64,000 nt of DNA from assembly GCA_031431875.1 (NCBI GenBank), contig JANPEF010000061.1:15764-79763 (forward strand), written 5' to 3'. Under the pieces are notes generated by a model that did no database searches, was not told where the DNA came from, and saw only the letters and a program-made list of their open reading frames with translations. This DNA comes from Candidatus Eiseniibacteriota bacterium (GTDB lineage: Bacteria > Eisenbacteria > RBG-16-71-46 > DASYSL01). This document shows positions 46,089-56,214 of this stretch, one piece after another (positions within the stretch are counted from its first letter, which is position 1; each line of letters starts with the position of its first letter). Made by a program: the position numbers and the translations under genes.

Positions 46089-48337
46089 GTCTCCGGCCCG
46101 CCCAGCGAACTCGCGGCGTCGCGGTCGGAACGCTCGCGCCCGCCACGGTGAGCTCGCCGTGCGCGGCCGCGGCATTCGTGCTGACCACCAGCGGCGATGT
46201 CACCGCGCACATCGACGTGTGCGCCGAGGCCGCAAGGGGGGCGGTCGGCGGGACAGCCTGGCGGCTGGATCATCTCGAGGCCGCAAGCGGAACGCTGCAC
46301 GCCCACTCCTTCGACGGCCCGGTCCTCCTGCCCGAGCCCGGCGGCGCGCTCGAATGGCTGCTGCATCACGAGGCGCCACTCGTGCGCGAAGATGCGGCGG
46401 CCGAGGCGTTCGGTCCCGGGGCCACGGGCGCGATTCTCGGCCTGCCCGTGCGCGCGGGCGACATCCTCTTCGGCTTCCTGCGCATCGCCCTGCCGGCCGT
46501 CCCGCTGGCGGGTGTCGCCGCGCCCGGCGTGGCGAACGCGCGCGTCTTCGCCGACCTGTGTGCGCTCGCGCTCGAACGCCACGCCGGTGAGCTTCAACTC
46601 GCCCGCCAGCGCGAGCGCATGGAGGCGCTCGAGCTCAAGGCCAACGCGGGCGAGACGCTGTTCAGCGAGCTGATCGCCGTCGTCGCGCACGAGATCCGCA
46701 CGCCGCTGACCTCGATCAAGGCCTACACCGAGGCGCTGATCGACGCGCCGAGCGACGAGTTCGAGCGCCGCCGTGAGTTCCTGCACGTCATCGACGAGGA
46801 GTGTGATCGCCTGGGCCGTCTGGTCGGCGACGCGCTCGACCTGTCGCGCCTCGAGGCCGGCCTGCGCCTGCTCAAGGTGAAGCCGATGACGGCGACGACG
46901 CTGCTCGAGGACGTGGTGACCACGCTGGAGCCCGATGCGACGAAGCATGGTGTCGCGCTGGTGATCGAGGAGGGCGTGGCCATCGACGACGTCGAGGCCG
47001 ACGGCGACCTGCTCAAGCAACTGCTGTTCAACCTGGTGGGCAACGCGATCAAGTTCTCGCCGGCGGACACGACGGTCACGTTGCGCGCCGAGACCCACGG
47101 TCAAGGCCAGTGGCGCCTGTCGGTCAGCGACCAGGGCGGCGGCATTCCCGAGGACCAGCTCGAGCGGATCTTCGAGCGGTTCCACCGCGTCGAGCTCAAG
47201 AGCGGCCGGCGCGTCCAGGGCACGGGGCTGGGACTGGCCATCGCGCGGCACATCGTCGACCTGCACGGCGGTCGCCTGTGGGTCGAGAATGCGCCGACCG
47301 GCGGCTCGATCTTCTCGGCGCTCCTGCCGCGGCGGCAGCTCGCGCCGGCGCAGGTGCGCTCGGTCGCGGCCGCGCTGGCGCGTCGGGCCGACGTCGCCGA
47401 CCTGCTCGACGCGGCGATGGGCATGATCGCCGAGGTCATGGCGGCGGACATCGTCTCGACGCTGCTGGTCGACGCCGCGGCGGGCGACCTGTGCATCGTG
47501 GCGTCGCGCGGGCTCGATCCGGACGCCCGCTCGCGGCGTATGCACTTCCGCGGCGGCGTTGCCGGTGCGGTGCTGTCGGCCGGACAGCCGGTGCGCGTCG
47601 AGAACATCGAGACCGATCGTCGCTTCGGCAAGAAGAGCCATCCGCAGTATTCGACGAAGTCGCTGCTGTGCGCGCCGCTGGCGGTCGGGGGCGTCGTCGT
47701 CGGCGTGGTCAACGTCACCGACAAGCGCTCGCGCGCCGAGTTCGACGAGTCGGACCTGGAACTGCTCACGTCTCTGGTCGATCGAATCTCGGCGGCGCTG
47801 TCGCGCGCCCACGCCTATCCCGACTCGACGGCGGTGGTCGCCGAGGCGAAGGCCTCGGTGCAGTCCGTGGCACGCGTGCGGCGCGACCTGTGGCTCGGCG
47901 ACTCCGAGCTGTCGCGCCACGCGACGCGTGTCGCCGGACGCGTGGGCGTCGATCTCGCAACGGCGGCGGCGATCGCGCGCCTGACCGCGGGCGACGCGGG
48001 TGACGCGGGCGACGCGGACGGGGTGTGGTCCGCCGACGCGGCGAGCGCCGCGCGCGCGTTGCTGCTGTCGCGTGCCGAGCGCCTCGACGGCAGCGGCCGC
48101 CCCCATGGCCTGCGCGGCGAGGCGATCCCGATGGGCGCCCGCATCCTCGGAGTCATCGACGAGTTCGAGAGCATGACCCATGGGCGATCGTATCGCACCG
48201 CGTTCACCGTTGACGAGGCGCTCGGCGCGTTGCGCGAGGCCGCCGGCACCCGGTTCGACGCGGGGGTGATCGAGGCGCTGGCCGCCTCGCTCGCCGACGA
48301 GGGCTGGATGGGCGACGAACGGGAGGAGGCGGCCTGA
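46085..48337 (+). CDS. Sensor histidine kinase: GAF - HisKA - HATPase_c - GAF - degenerate HD-GYP (cytoplasmic)
   Basis: GTGA overlap with the upstream regulator; H-box VVAHEIRTPLTSI; N and G boxes LVGNAIKFS...GTGLGLAI; a second GAF; C-terminal HATRVAGRVG...RAERLDGSGRPHGL (HD-GYP motif with GYP changed to GRP). Confidence 0.75.
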   Translation: MSLRPAQRTRGVAVGTLAPATVSSPCAAAAFVLTTSGDVTAHIDVCAEAARGAVGGTAWRLDHLEAASGTLHAHSFDGPVLLPEPGGALEWLLHHEAPLVREDAAAEAFGPGATGAILGLPVRAGDILFGFLRIALPAVPLAGVAAPGVANARVFADLCALALERHAGELQLARQRERMEALELKANAGETLFSELIAVVAHEIRTPLTSIKAYTEALIDAPSDEFERRREFLHVIDEECDRLGRLVGDALDLSRLEAGLRLLKVKPMTATTLLEDVVTTLEPDATKHGVALVIEEGVAIDDVEADGDLLKQLLFNLVGNAIKFSPADTTVTLRAETHGQGQWRLSVSDQGGGIPEDQLERIFERFHRVELKSGRRVQGTGLGLAIARHIVDLHGGRLWVENAPTGGSIFSALLPRRQLAPAQVRSVAAALARRADVADLLDAAMGMIAEVMAADIVSTLLVDAAAGDLCIVASRGLDPDARSRRMHFRGGVAGAVLSAGQPVRVENIETDRRFGKKSHPQYSTKSLLCAPLAVGGVVVGVVNVTDKRSRAEFDESDLELLTSLVDRISAALSRAHAYPDSTAVVAEAKASVQSVARVRRDLWLGDSELSRHATRVAGRVGVDLATAAAIARLTAGDAGDAGDADGVWSADAASAARALLLSRAERLDGSGRPHGLRGEAIPMGARILGVIDEFESMTHGRSYRTAFTVDEALGALREAAGTRFDAGVIEALAASLADEGWMGDEREEAA

Positions 48338-50694
48338 TGGGACGCACCGCCCGGCCGCGGGGGATCCGCGGCGGCTCGGTCAAGTCGACGTGGAGCGAGA
48401 TGCAGCAGCTCCGCCAGCGCGTGCGCGATCTCGAGCAGATGCGCGAGCGCCTGTCGCGGCTCTACTTCAGCCAGGTCGAGACCGGCAAGGCGCGCATGGA
48501 GAAGCTCCATCGCATCCTCGAGGTCGTGACGAGGCTCAACTCGAGCCTCGACATCGATTCGCTGCTGGGCCAGATCGTGGGCGCCGTGCAGAAGAGCCTG
48601 GGCTTCCGCATCGTGCTGCTGCGCATCCTCGATCCGCAGTCGAACGCGCTGCGCGCCCGCGCCTTCGCCGGCCTGTCGCCCGTGGCGATCGCGCACCTCG
48701 AGGCCGCGGACGTGCCGGTCGGCGAGTTCCAGTCGTGGTTGACGGACGAATCCCGGGTCAGCCGCTCGTACTTCATCAGCCACAAGAACCAGTTCAGCCG
48801 TCGCCTGCCGGACGGCATCGTCCACGACCTGGGCACGCGCGAGGACTGGGAGTGGCATCCCGAGGACGTGCTGCTCGTGCCGCTGTACACGCGCACGGGC
48901 GAGCTCATGGCGTATCTCTCGGTCGACGATCCGGTCGACCGGCTGGTGCCGTCGCGCGAGACCATCGAGATGCTCGAGATCTTCGGCAACCACGTGGTCG
49001 TGGCGCTCGAAAACTCGCGCCTGGTCCAGTCGCTGGGCGAGCACGGGCGCGAGCTCGAGGTCGTGAACCGTCGCATGGGCGAGCTCAACCAGCTCAAGTC
49101 GGCGTTCCTCTCCGCCGTATCGCACGAACTGCGCACGCCGCTGACCGCGATCCGGGCCTACCTCGACAGCCTGCGCGACGACCTCGACAAGCCCGGCCTC
49201 GAGGCGCCGCTGCGCTTCGTCGGCATCCTCGACGAGGAGAGCCGCCGACTCTCCGACCTGATCGACTCGATCCTGTCGTTCTCGCACCTCGAGCGGGGGA
49301 GCAATCCGCTCGAGTTCCGGTCCCTCGATGTGGCCGGGCCGCTGGAGGCCGCGGCGCTGGCGCTCAAGCCCATGGCGGAGGCCAAGAAGGTTTCCCTTCA
49401 GACCGAGCTGCGGGCTGCCGACATCAGGATCGAGGCGGATCTGGAGCTGCTCAAGCAGCTCATCCTTCACCTGGGCGGCAACGCGATCAAGTTCACCGCG
49501 CCCGGTGGGGCAGTTCGCATCACGGCGGACGCCGACGATCGGGGCCTCGTCCTCACGGTCGAGGACACCGGGATCGGCATTCCCGAGGACCAGCTCGATC
49601 GCATCTTCGAGCGTTTCTACCAGGTCGACCAGAGCCTGGTGCGGCGCTTCGGGGGCACGGGGCTGGGTCTCGCGCTGTGCAAGTCGATCGTCGAGGTGCA
49701 CGGCGGCAGCATCGCGGTGGAGTCGACGATCGGCGAGGGATCGACGTTCACGGCGCGCTTGCCGCGCCAGGCGAAGAATCCCGCGGCACAGGCCGCGCCG
49801 ACGCCGGTGACGGCGCACGGCGACGCGGACGAGGCGCTGCGTCTCAACCTGGCCTGGACGGCGGGAGTCCTCGGACTCGAACGGGTCGCGCTGCTGGCGC
49901 CCGCTCACGGGGGACACGCGGTACGGGCGTCGATCGGGTTGCCGGTACGGGCCGATCGGGGCGGAGACGACGCGCTCGCCACGCTCGGCGAGGGCCCGCG
50001 TCTCGCGGTTCCGGTGGTGCACGAGGGCCGGACGATCGGCTCGCTCGTGACGACCTGGCCCGCGACACACGGTCCGGCGGAGGAGGCGGTGCTCGCCTCG
50101 CTGGCGGAGCGGATCGGTTCGGTGCTGGCGCACGCGAACCGGATGCAGGAAGCGCACGCGGCCATGGCTGGATCGGCCGAGTTGTTGCGCGGGGAAGTGA
50201 CGCGACTGTCGCTCGGTCGCGTAGCCACGTCGGACCGGGTGCGGCGCGCGCGACAACTGGCGCGAACCCTGGGTCTGCCGCCCGACCAGGCGGCGCACGT
50301 GGCGTGGGCGGCGGCGGCCGATGCGGTGGACGCCACGCTGTTCGACGGACGCCTCGGCGATACCGCGAGCGACCGGCCCGAGGCCGTCCGCGAGATCCTC
50401 GCGCATCGCCACGAGCGCGTCGATGGTGCGGGAACGCCGCAGGGGCTGGTGGGCGACGAAATCGCCCTCGGGGCGCGGATCCTCGCGGTGGTGGCCGCCT
50501 TCGAGGAGGCGGTCGAGGGCACCAGCGGGGTCGCGAGTTGTTCGGCGGTGGACGCGATCGAAGACTTGTGGATGCGGGTCGGGCACGAGTTCGACCCGAT
50601 GGTGGTGGAAGCACTCGTCGTACTCGGGGTCGAGGAGGGATGGCTCGACCGGGGATGGGCCCAGGGCTCGTCCGACGCCGCGGAGGCGGCATGA
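48337..50694 (+). CDS. Sensor histidine kinase, paralog of the previous gene (GAF - HisKA - HATPase_c - GAF - degenerate HD-GYP)
   Basis: ATGA overlap; H-box SAVSHELRTPLTAI; GGNAIKFT...GTGLGLAL; C-terminal HRHERVDGAGTPQGL (GYP changed to GTP). Confidence 0.75.
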   Translation: MGRTARPRGIRGGSVKSTWSEMQQLRQRVRDLEQMRERLSRLYFSQVETGKARMEKLHRILEVVTRLNSSLDIDSLLGQIVGAVQKSLGFRIVLLRILDPQSNALRARAFAGLSPVAIAHLEAADVPVGEFQSWLTDESRVSRSYFISHKNQFSRRLPDGIVHDLGTREDWEWHPEDVLLVPLYTRTGELMAYLSVDDPVDRLVPSRETIEMLEIFGNHVVVALENSRLVQSLGEHGRELEVVNRRMGELNQLKSAFLSAVSHELRTPLTAIRAYLDSLRDDLDKPGLEAPLRFVGILDEESRRLSDLIDSILSFSHLERGSNPLEFRSLDVAGPLEAAALALKPMAEAKKVSLQTELRAADIRIEADLELLKQLILHLGGNAIKFTAPGGAVRITADADDRGLVLTVEDTGIGIPEDQLDRIFERFYQVDQSLVRRFGGTGLGLALCKSIVEVHGGSIAVESTIGEGSTFTARLPRQAKNPAAQAAPTPVTAHGDADEALRLNLAWTAGVLGLERVALLAPAHGGHAVRASIGLPVRADRGGDDALATLGEGPRLAVPVVHEGRTIGSLVTTWPATHGPAEEAVLASLAERIGSVLAHANRMQEAHAAMAGSAELLRGEVTRLSLGRVATSDRVRRARQLARTLGLPPDQAAHVAWAAAADAVDATLFDGRLGDTASDRPEAVREILAHRHERVDGAGTPQGLVGDEIALGARILAVVAAFEEAVEGTSGVASCSAVDAIEDLWMRVGHEFDPMVVEALVVLGVEEGWLDRGWAQGSSDAAEAA

Positions 50695-50728
50695 CCGCTC
50701 CATCCAGCCAGACAGGGAGGTGATTCGG

Positions 50729-51136
50729 GTGTCCAAGGGTCGCATTCTGGTGGTCGACGACGAGGTGTACATCGTCCACATTCTCGACTTCTCGCTCGGC
50801 ATGGAGGGTTACGAAGTCGTGACCGCCCTCGACGGCGAGCAGGCGCTCGAACGGGTCGCGCAGCAGAAGCCCGACCTCATCGTGCTCGATATCATGATGC
50901 CGAAGCTCGACGGCTACGAGACCTGCAAGGCGCTCAAGAGCCGCGAGGAGACACGCGACATCCCGGTCATCCTGCTCTCGGCCAAGGGGCGCAACGTCGA
51001 CCAGAAGACCGGCTTCGAGGTCGGCGCCGACGACTACATCACGAAGCCGTTCTCGCCGCGCAAGCTGGTCGAGCGGATCAACGCCATCCTCGGTCACGCC
51101 AACTCGAGCGACGTCCAGGAGCGCCAGGCCTCCTGA
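50729..51136 (+). CDS. Single-domain response regulator (CheY-like receiver)
   Basis: GGGAGG Shine-Dalgarno 8 nt before GTG; ILVVDDE...DLIVLDIMMPKLDG...LLSAKG. Confidence 0.75.
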   Translation: MSKGRILVVDDEVYIVHILDFSLGMEGYEVVTALDGEQALERVAQQKPDLIVLDIMMPKLDGYETCKALKSREETRDIPVILLSAKGRNVDQKTGFEVGADDYITKPFSPRKLVERINAILGHANSSDVQERQAS

Positions 51137-51222
51137 GCGCACCTGGCGCACGGGCCGCCCGCAGCGGCGGCCGTGTCGTGGAAGACGGGGCTGCAGCCGT
51201 GGAAACCGGGGCCGCCGCAGCG

Positions 51223-51228
51223 TAGACT
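51223..51228 (+). promoter_or_regulatory. -10-like TAGACT 6 nt upstream of the priA GTG start (leaderless-type architecture)
   Basis: TAGACT at 51223-51228, CCGCGC, then GTG 51235. Confidence 0.3.
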
Positions 51229-51234
51229 CCGCGC

Positions 51235-53379
51235 GTGAGCTTCGTCCGCGTCGCCTTCCCCGTCCCCGTTCGCCAGACCTTCCTCTATTCCGTTCCACCC
51301 GAGCTCGAGTCGCGGGCGCGACCCGGCGCCGAGGTGCGTTGCCCATTTGGCGCGCGCGAGCGCCGGGGGTTCGTCGTCGAGCCCGCGCGCGAAGCCGATC
51401 GCCACGGGGTGAAGGCGATCCTCGGGGTGGTCGGCGACGACGTCGTCTTCCCGCCCGACCTGCTGCGCCTGTGTTCGTGGATCGCCGACTACTACCTGGC
51501 GCCCATCGGGCGCGTGCTCGCCGCGGCGCTGCCGGGCGGGCTCGAGGGTTTTGGCGGCAGCCGCGCTCGCAAGCAGGCGGGGGCCGGCGGCGGCGCGCAC
51601 ACCGCGCTCGTCGCGCCCGGTGCGATCGCACCCGTCGGCGATCCGGGAGGGACCGGGACGCACAAGCTCACCGCGGCCCAGCACGCCGCCGGCGAGGCGA
51701 TCGCCCGCGCGCTCGACGCACGCGCCTACGCCGCCTTCCTGCTCCACGGCGTCACCGGCAGCGGAAAGACGGAGGTCTACCTCGCCGCGGCGCGTGCCAC
51801 GATTGCGGGCGGCCGCCGCGTGCTCGTGCTCGTGCCCGAGGTCGCGCTCGCCCACCAGATCGTGCACGCCTTCCGCGCCCGCTTCGGCGACCGCGTCGGC
51901 GTGCTCCACTCCTACCTGGCACTCGGCGAGCGCCGCGCCACGTGGGAGCGCGCCCGCCGCGGCGGGCTCGACGTCGTCGTCGGCGCGCGCTCGGCCGTGT
52001 TCGCGCCGCTGCCCGGCCTGGGGCTGGTGCTGGTCGACGAGGAGCACGACTCGACCTACAAGCAGAGCGAGCAGGTTCGCTACCACGGTCGCGACACGGC
52101 GCTGGTGCGCGCGCGGCTGGCCAACGCGGTCGCCGTGCTCGGCTCGGCGACGCCCAGTCTCGAGTCGTTCGCCAACGTCGAGCGCGGCAAGTACCGCCGC
52201 CTCGAATTGCCGGAGCGTGTCGACGGCCGCCCGCTCCCGGTGATCGAGCTGGTCGACCTCAACGAGGTCGCGCGTGAGGCAGCACCGGTGGCGTCCGCGG
52301 TCGCTGCGGCACCTCGTCGTCCCCGTCGCGCGCCCGGGCTGTTCACGCCGCCGCTGCTCGATGCGCTCGCCGCGACGCTCTCGCGCAAGGAACAGGCGCT
52401 CGTGTTCCTCAACCGGCGCGGGCACACGCGCATCGTCGAGTGTGAGGACTGCGGCCACGTCGAGTCCTGCCCGGCGTGCGACGTGGCGCTCACCTACCAT
52501 CGCAGCGACGAGCGGTTCCGCTGCCACTACTGCGCCTTCGAGCGACCGGCGACCGGCGCGTGCCCGAAGTGCGCGAGCCCGTTCTTCCGCCACAAGGGCT
52601 CGGGCACGCAGCGTGCCGAGAAGGAACTCGCCACGCACTTTCCGCAGGCGCGCGTCCTGCGCCTCGACTCGGACAGCGCCCGGCCGCGCGGCGAACAGGC
52701 GCGCATCCTCGGTGCGTTCGGCCGCGGCGAGGCCGAAATTCTGCTGGGCACGCAGATGATCGCCAAGGGCCTCGACTTTCACGGCGTCACGCTGGTCGGT
52801 GTCGTCTCGGCCGACGGCTCGCTGCACATGCCCGACTTCCGCGCCGCCGAGCGCACGTTCCAGACGCTGGTCCAGGTGGCCGGCCGCGCCGGCCGCGGCA
52901 CGCGCCCGGGGCGCGTCGTCGCCCAGACGCGCGCCGCCGATCACTACGCGCTGGTGGCCGCGCAGCAGCACGACTTCGCCGCGTTCGTGGCGCGCGAGAG
53001 CATCCATCGCCGCGACTTCGGCTACCCGCCGTACGGGCGGCTGGTCGCTTTCGGGATCGCCGGCGTCGACGAGGAAAAGGTGGTCGACGCAGCGACGCGC
53101 GTGGCGGCGCGGGCGCGGATCGCGGCGAGCGCCGGAACCGCGACCGGCGCTGCCGGAACCGCGGGCGAGATGCAGGTGCTCGGCCCGGCGCCGGCGCCGC
53201 TGGCGCGCCTGCGCAGCAAGCACCGCTGGCGGGTGACGCTCAAGGCCGCCGACGCGGCGTCGCTCCACGCCGCCGCGCGCGCCACCCTGGACGGGCTCGA
53301 GCACCCGGCGACGGCGGCGGATCGCCTGCCTGCCGGGGTGGCGTTGACCGTGGATGTCGATCCGTACGACCTGCTGTGA
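51235..53379 (+). CDS. priA: Primosomal protein N' (PriA helicase)
   Basis: Walker A GVTGSGKTEVY; DEEHD; C-terminal CxxC zinc fingers (CEDCGHVESCPACDVAL...CHYCAF...CPKCAS). Confidence 0.85.
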   Translation: MSFVRVAFPVPVRQTFLYSVPPELESRARPGAEVRCPFGARERRGFVVEPAREADRHGVKAILGVVGDDVVFPPDLLRLCSWIADYYLAPIGRVLAAALPGGLEGFGGSRARKQAGAGGGAHTALVAPGAIAPVGDPGGTGTHKLTAAQHAAGEAIARALDARAYAAFLLHGVTGSGKTEVYLAAARATIAGGRRVLVLVPEVALAHQIVHAFRARFGDRVGVLHSYLALGERRATWERARRGGLDVVVGARSAVFAPLPGLGLVLVDEEHDSTYKQSEQVRYHGRDTALVRARLANAVAVLGSATPSLESFANVERGKYRRLELPERVDGRPLPVIELVDLNEVAREAAPVASAVAAAPRRPRRAPGLFTPPLLDALAATLSRKEQALVFLNRRGHTRIVECEDCGHVESCPACDVALTYHRSDERFRCHYCAFERPATGACPKCASPFFRHKGSGTQRAEKELATHFPQARVLRLDSDSARPRGEQARILGAFGRGEAEILLGTQMIAKGLDFHGVTLVGVVSADGSLHMPDFRAAERTFQTLVQVAGRAGRGTRPGRVVAQTRAADHYALVAAQQHDFAAFVARESIHRRDFGYPPYGRLVAFGIAGVDEEKVVDAATRVAARARIAASAGTATGAAGTAGEMQVLGPAPAPLARLRSKHRWRVTLKAADAASLHAAARATLDGLEHPATAADRLPAGVALTVDVDPYDLL

Positions 53380-53682
53380 GGGCGCGGGCCCGCCCGACGC
53401 CCGCCCGTCCTGCGGCGATTCCGCCGCAGTCGGCAGCACCCGGGGCCGCGACGAATGCCCCGCGACCGCGCCCCGGGCGGCGGCCATCCGCCTTGACACC
53501 CATTTGTCCCCGCGGCTAGCCTCCTAACCGTAAGCGCTTTCGGAAGTTCCATCCTGCCATGTCGCGGGGGACGCCGCGCCCGATCGCCGCGAGCGAACCC
53601 GCCCTTTTCCGGGCACGTGCTTTGCGCTACACCAAGGGAGTCGCTTCGCTGCGGGCGAGCGCAACGAAAGGAGTGCCTCAAC

Positions 53683-55086
53683 GTGAAGACATCGATGATC
53701 GGAACGGTCCTTGTCGCCTTCGCCGCCACCCTGGTCCTGGCGCCGCAGGCCGGCGCGCGCGACTTCCGCGTGGCCGGCGGCATCCAGTACGTGATCCAGG
53801 GCACCAAGGAGAAGGAAAAGGGCAACCTCGAGGATGCGCAGCGCATCTTCGGCAAGGCCGTCACGAACCTGAAGATGGGCGTCGAGAACGATCCGAAGGA
53901 CAACGAGGCGTGGCTCTACCTGGGCCAGGCGTACGGCGAGCTCGACAGCACGAAGCAGTGTGGCGATGCCTTCGCCGAGGCCGTCCGCCGCCTGCAGGGC
54001 GATCCGAAGCTCCTCAAGCGTGCGACCGACAACCGCGACTACTTCTTCAATGCCGCCTACAACGACGGCCTGAAGAAGTACAAGGACGCGACCGCCATCA
54101 TGGCGGCCGAGGAGATCCCCAACTCGACCGACCCCAAGGCGGCCGAGGCCAAGGCCAAGCTGGCCGAGGCTCAGGTGTCGTTCCAGAAGGCGATCGACAT
54201 CAACGGCACGCGCGCCATCGCCTACGACAACCTGGCGATCATGCTGGCGCTGCAGGGCAAGTTCGACCAGGCCGGCCCGGTCGTCGATGCGGGCCTCGCC
54301 AACTCCGACCCCAAGGACGGCCCCGAGTACGAGCGCCTCAAGAGCCGCAAGGACTCGCTCTACAACAACGCCGTCATCGAGCGCCTGAAGGCCAACGACT
54401 ACGACGGCGCGATCGCGCTGCTCGACGGCATCCTGGTCAAGAACCCGAACGACTTCGGCGTGCTGACGCGCGCGGCACAGACCTCGTTCGAAAAGGCGAA
54501 GAAGCTCGAAGAGGCCAAGGACGAGGCCGGCGCGAAGGCCGCGTACGCGCAGGCGGCGGGTTATTTCGGCCGCGCCGTTCCAGTCGCGCCCGACGAGTCG
54601 AACAAGAAGGACATGATGTACAATCAGGTCGTGGCCAGCCAGGCTGCGGGCGATCCGAAGACCGCGGCCAGGGTCGCCTTCGACCTCGTGCAGATCGACC
54701 CGAAGGACGTCACCTATCACCGGCTGCTGCGCAGCGCCTACGACAAGATGCGCGCGGTGGACAAGGCGGCCGAGGAGGTCTGGGCCATCCTGGGTCTCGG
54801 CGACACCGCAACGCCGGTTGCCGATCTGCCCGCATTCCTCGCCACGGTCACCAAGACCAGCGAGGCCGGCAAGGCCCTGGCCCAGTTCGGCCCGCCCGAT
54901 GAGGTCCGCCAGTTCAACAGCGGGGACATGAAGGTGGACGTCTGGTACTGGTGGACGAAGAAGCGCTGCATCGCGTTCACCGGCGGGCGCAAGGTCGGCG
55001 AAGCAAACTTTGGTGAGTTCGCGGGCGACGTGCCGGCGCCGACGGCGAAGCCGGCGACCAAGGCCGGCGCGACCAAGAAGGGCTGA
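53683..55086 (+). CDS. Secreted TPR-repeat protein, Lys-rich
   Basis: AAGGAG Shine-Dalgarno 9 nt before GTG; signal peptide KTSMIGTVLVAFAATLVLAPQAGA; TPR-like AWLYLGQAYGEL and AIAYDNLAIMLALQGKFDQA. Confidence 0.65.
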   Translation: MKTSMIGTVLVAFAATLVLAPQAGARDFRVAGGIQYVIQGTKEKEKGNLEDAQRIFGKAVTNLKMGVENDPKDNEAWLYLGQAYGELDSTKQCGDAFAEAVRRLQGDPKLLKRATDNRDYFFNAAYNDGLKKYKDATAIMAAEEIPNSTDPKAAEAKAKLAEAQVSFQKAIDINGTRAIAYDNLAIMLALQGKFDQAGPVVDAGLANSDPKDGPEYERLKSRKDSLYNNAVIERLKANDYDGAIALLDGILVKNPNDFGVLTRAAQTSFEKAKKLEEAKDEAGAKAAYAQAAGYFGRAVPVAPDESNKKDMMYNQVVASQAAGDPKTAARVAFDLVQIDPKDVTYHRLLRSAYDKMRAVDKAAEEVWAILGLGDTATPVADLPAFLATVTKTSEAGKALAQFGPPDEVRQFNSGDMKVDVWYWWTKKRCIAFTGGRKVGEANFGEFAGDVPAPTAKPATKAGATKKG

Positions 55087-55088
55087 CC

Positions 55089-56105
55089 TTGATCGACGGG
55101 ACCGTCGCCATCCTCGGCTACGGTCACCAGGGTCGCGCCCAAGCGCTGAACCTGCGCGATCAAGGACTGCGCGTCGTCGTCGGCGCGCGCACGGGCGGGG
55201 CGGGGGCGACGCGAGCGATCGCGGACGGCTTCGCCCCGCTTCCGCTTTCCGCCGCAGCCGCGGCAGCCGCGGCCGGCGCGCCGGGGGGCGCGGGTGTGCT
55301 CGCGCTGCTGCTGCCCGACGACCTGATCCCCACCCTCGTGCGCGACGAGATCGCGCCCGCGATCACCCCCGGCACCACCCTGCTGCTCGCCCACGGCTCG
55401 GCGATCGTCTATGGCGGACTGGTCGCGCCGCCGGGCTGCGACCTGGCACTCGTCGCGCCAGCCGCGCCCGGTGCGGTCGTCCGCTCCGCGTTCGAGGCCG
55501 GCCGTGGCGTTCCCACCTACGTCGCGGTGGCGGCCGGTGCGGCCGACCCGGCGCGGGCGCGCGCGCGGGCGTTCGCCTGGGCGCGGGCGCTCGGAGCGGA
55601 ACTCCCCGGCGGCACGCTGCTCGAGACCGACGTCGAGAGCGAAACCGTCATCGACCTGTTCGGCGAACAGGCGGTGGTCGTCGGCGGCGTCACCGAGCTG
55701 GTCGAGGCCGCGTATCTCACGCTGGTCGAGGCCGGCTACGACGAGCGGGTGGCCTACCTCGAGGTCGTCCACCAGCTCAAGCACCTGGTCGACGTGATTC
55801 ACGCCGAGGGACCCGACGCGCTGCGCGACCGCATCTCGGGGACCGCGCTGTACGGTGCGCTGACCCGCGGGCCGCGGGTGATCAATGCGGTCTCACGCGC
55901 CGCGATGGTCAACCTGCTCGAGGAGATCGAGACCGGCGCGTTTGCCGCCGAGCGGGCGGCCGACCTCGCCGCCGGGAGCCCCAGGCAGGCGGCGCTGCGG
56001 GAGGCGGCCCGGGCCCGGGGGCTGACCGCGGCCCGGGCCCGGGCCCTGGCCGGAGCCGGCGGGCCCGCGGACGGGTCCCCGGGGGCCGACCCCTCGTCGC
56101 GCTAA
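55089..56105 (+). CDS. ilvC: Ketol-acid reductoisomerase IlvC (class I) with Ala/Gly-rich insertion
   Basis: VAILGYGHQGRAQALNLRDQG N-terminus; TTG start; inserted run SAAAAAAAAGAPGGAG. Confidence 0.75.
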   Translation: MIDGTVAILGYGHQGRAQALNLRDQGLRVVVGARTGGAGATRAIADGFAPLPLSAAAAAAAAGAPGGAGVLALLLPDDLIPTLVRDEIAPAITPGTTLLLAHGSAIVYGGLVAPPGCDLALVAPAAPGAVVRSAFEAGRGVPTYVAVAAGAADPARARARAFAWARALGAELPGGTLLETDVESETVIDLFGEQAVVVGGVTELVEAAYLTLVEAGYDERVAYLEVVHQLKHLVDVIHAEGPDALRDRISGTALYGALTRGPRVINAVSRAAMVNLLEEIETGAFAAERAADLAAGSPRQAALREAARARGLTAARARALAGAGGPADGSPGADPSSR

Positions 56106-56123
56106 TCCGTTGCGCAAAAACTG

Positions 56124-56158
56124 ATTGACAGATTTCAGGTAGACCTTACGCTGCCTCA
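56124..56158 (+). promoter_or_regulatory. Sigma70-like promoter TTGACA-N16-TACGCT upstream of the HU/IHF-like gene
   Basis: A perfect -35 TTGACA at 56124-56129 and a TAnnnT -10 16 nt downstream. Confidence 0.45.
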
Positions 56159-56214
56159 CGGCTCCCGGGAGGGGGGCCTTCCCAAGGGAACGACCGGTGG
56201 CGCGGAGGCTCAAG

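Noticed and set aside
47986-48020. Short tandem GGCGACGCGGGTGACGCGGGCGACGCGG repeat as a possible CRISPR or microsatellite
   Set aside because: It lies inside the kinase coding frame (GDAGDAGDAD linker). It has only ~3 units and no spacers. No CRISPR array is seen anywhere in the window.
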